NCBI RefSeq assembly: GCF_006345805.1
Contig: NC_042998.1
Coordinates: forward strand, 141,670,001-141,734,000
DNA from: Octopus sinensis
Taxonomy: Eukaryota
Reading direction: 5' to 3'
Length of the DNA: 64,000 bases
The translations under genes were made by a program, and so were the position numbers. The stretch's first letter is position 1. Each line of letters begins with the position of its first letter. Shown here piece by piece: positions 63,719-64,000 of this stretch. The notes beneath the pieces are model-generated. The model was given only the letters and a program-made list of their open reading frames with translations. It was not told the DNA's origin and did not search any database.

Positions 63719-64000
63719 TTCAACAACTGCATGAAGCAAAATAAAAAACAAAACATGCAACTGAAACAAAAGTTAAAAAAAGGTTAATTCGCATCAGACT
63801 TTTTTGGTGGTTTACAAACAACTACAAGAAATAGAAGAACCACTGCCATGATAGAAATGAAACATCCTGCTGTATGAATTGAGGATTGTGATGAAAAAAA
63901 AATGTATTTCTCTCTCCAAAACTATAATTCAATCAAAAGTGTTGAGTACATTTACAGCTGTTAAAATTAATGGCAATCAAACCAACACTAAAGAGACATT

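Noticed and set aside
1-64000. CRISPR array, rRNA, telomeric repeat or prokaryotic-type operon
   Set aside because: No regularly spaced repeat-spacer array, rRNA-like tract, TTAGGG run or gene-dense region. The sequence is eukaryotic repeat-rich DNA.

Overview
AT-rich, repeat-dominated animal genomic DNA. The SINE families look like those of Octopus (inference from sequence recognition, not a database search). I cannot support any host protein-coding exon, tRNA or rRNA gene, so the window reads as intergenic or a very large intron. Almost all ORFs in the track are microsatellite or SINE artefacts. The real content is a mobile-element graveyard: dozens of tRNA-derived SINE copies, fragments of RTE, CR1/L2-like, I-clade and R4/Dong-like LINEs, a young 5'-truncated Penelope-like element (PLE) with a GIY-YIG endonuclease, and non-autonomous DNA elements (piggyBac-, hAT-, pogo-, mariner- and Helentron-like, plus fold-backs). 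The most interesting signals are not in the ORF track: two minimal type-I hammerhead ribozyme motifs on the minus strand (6867-6944 canonical; 20138-20215 variant, inside the PLE), several long near-perfect hairpins, a PHD-type finger inside an RTE ORF2, and an AP-1 site next to a perfect DR4 site. I did not find a clearly new multi-gene system. Repeat boundaries are read by eye and may be off by about 10-20 bp.
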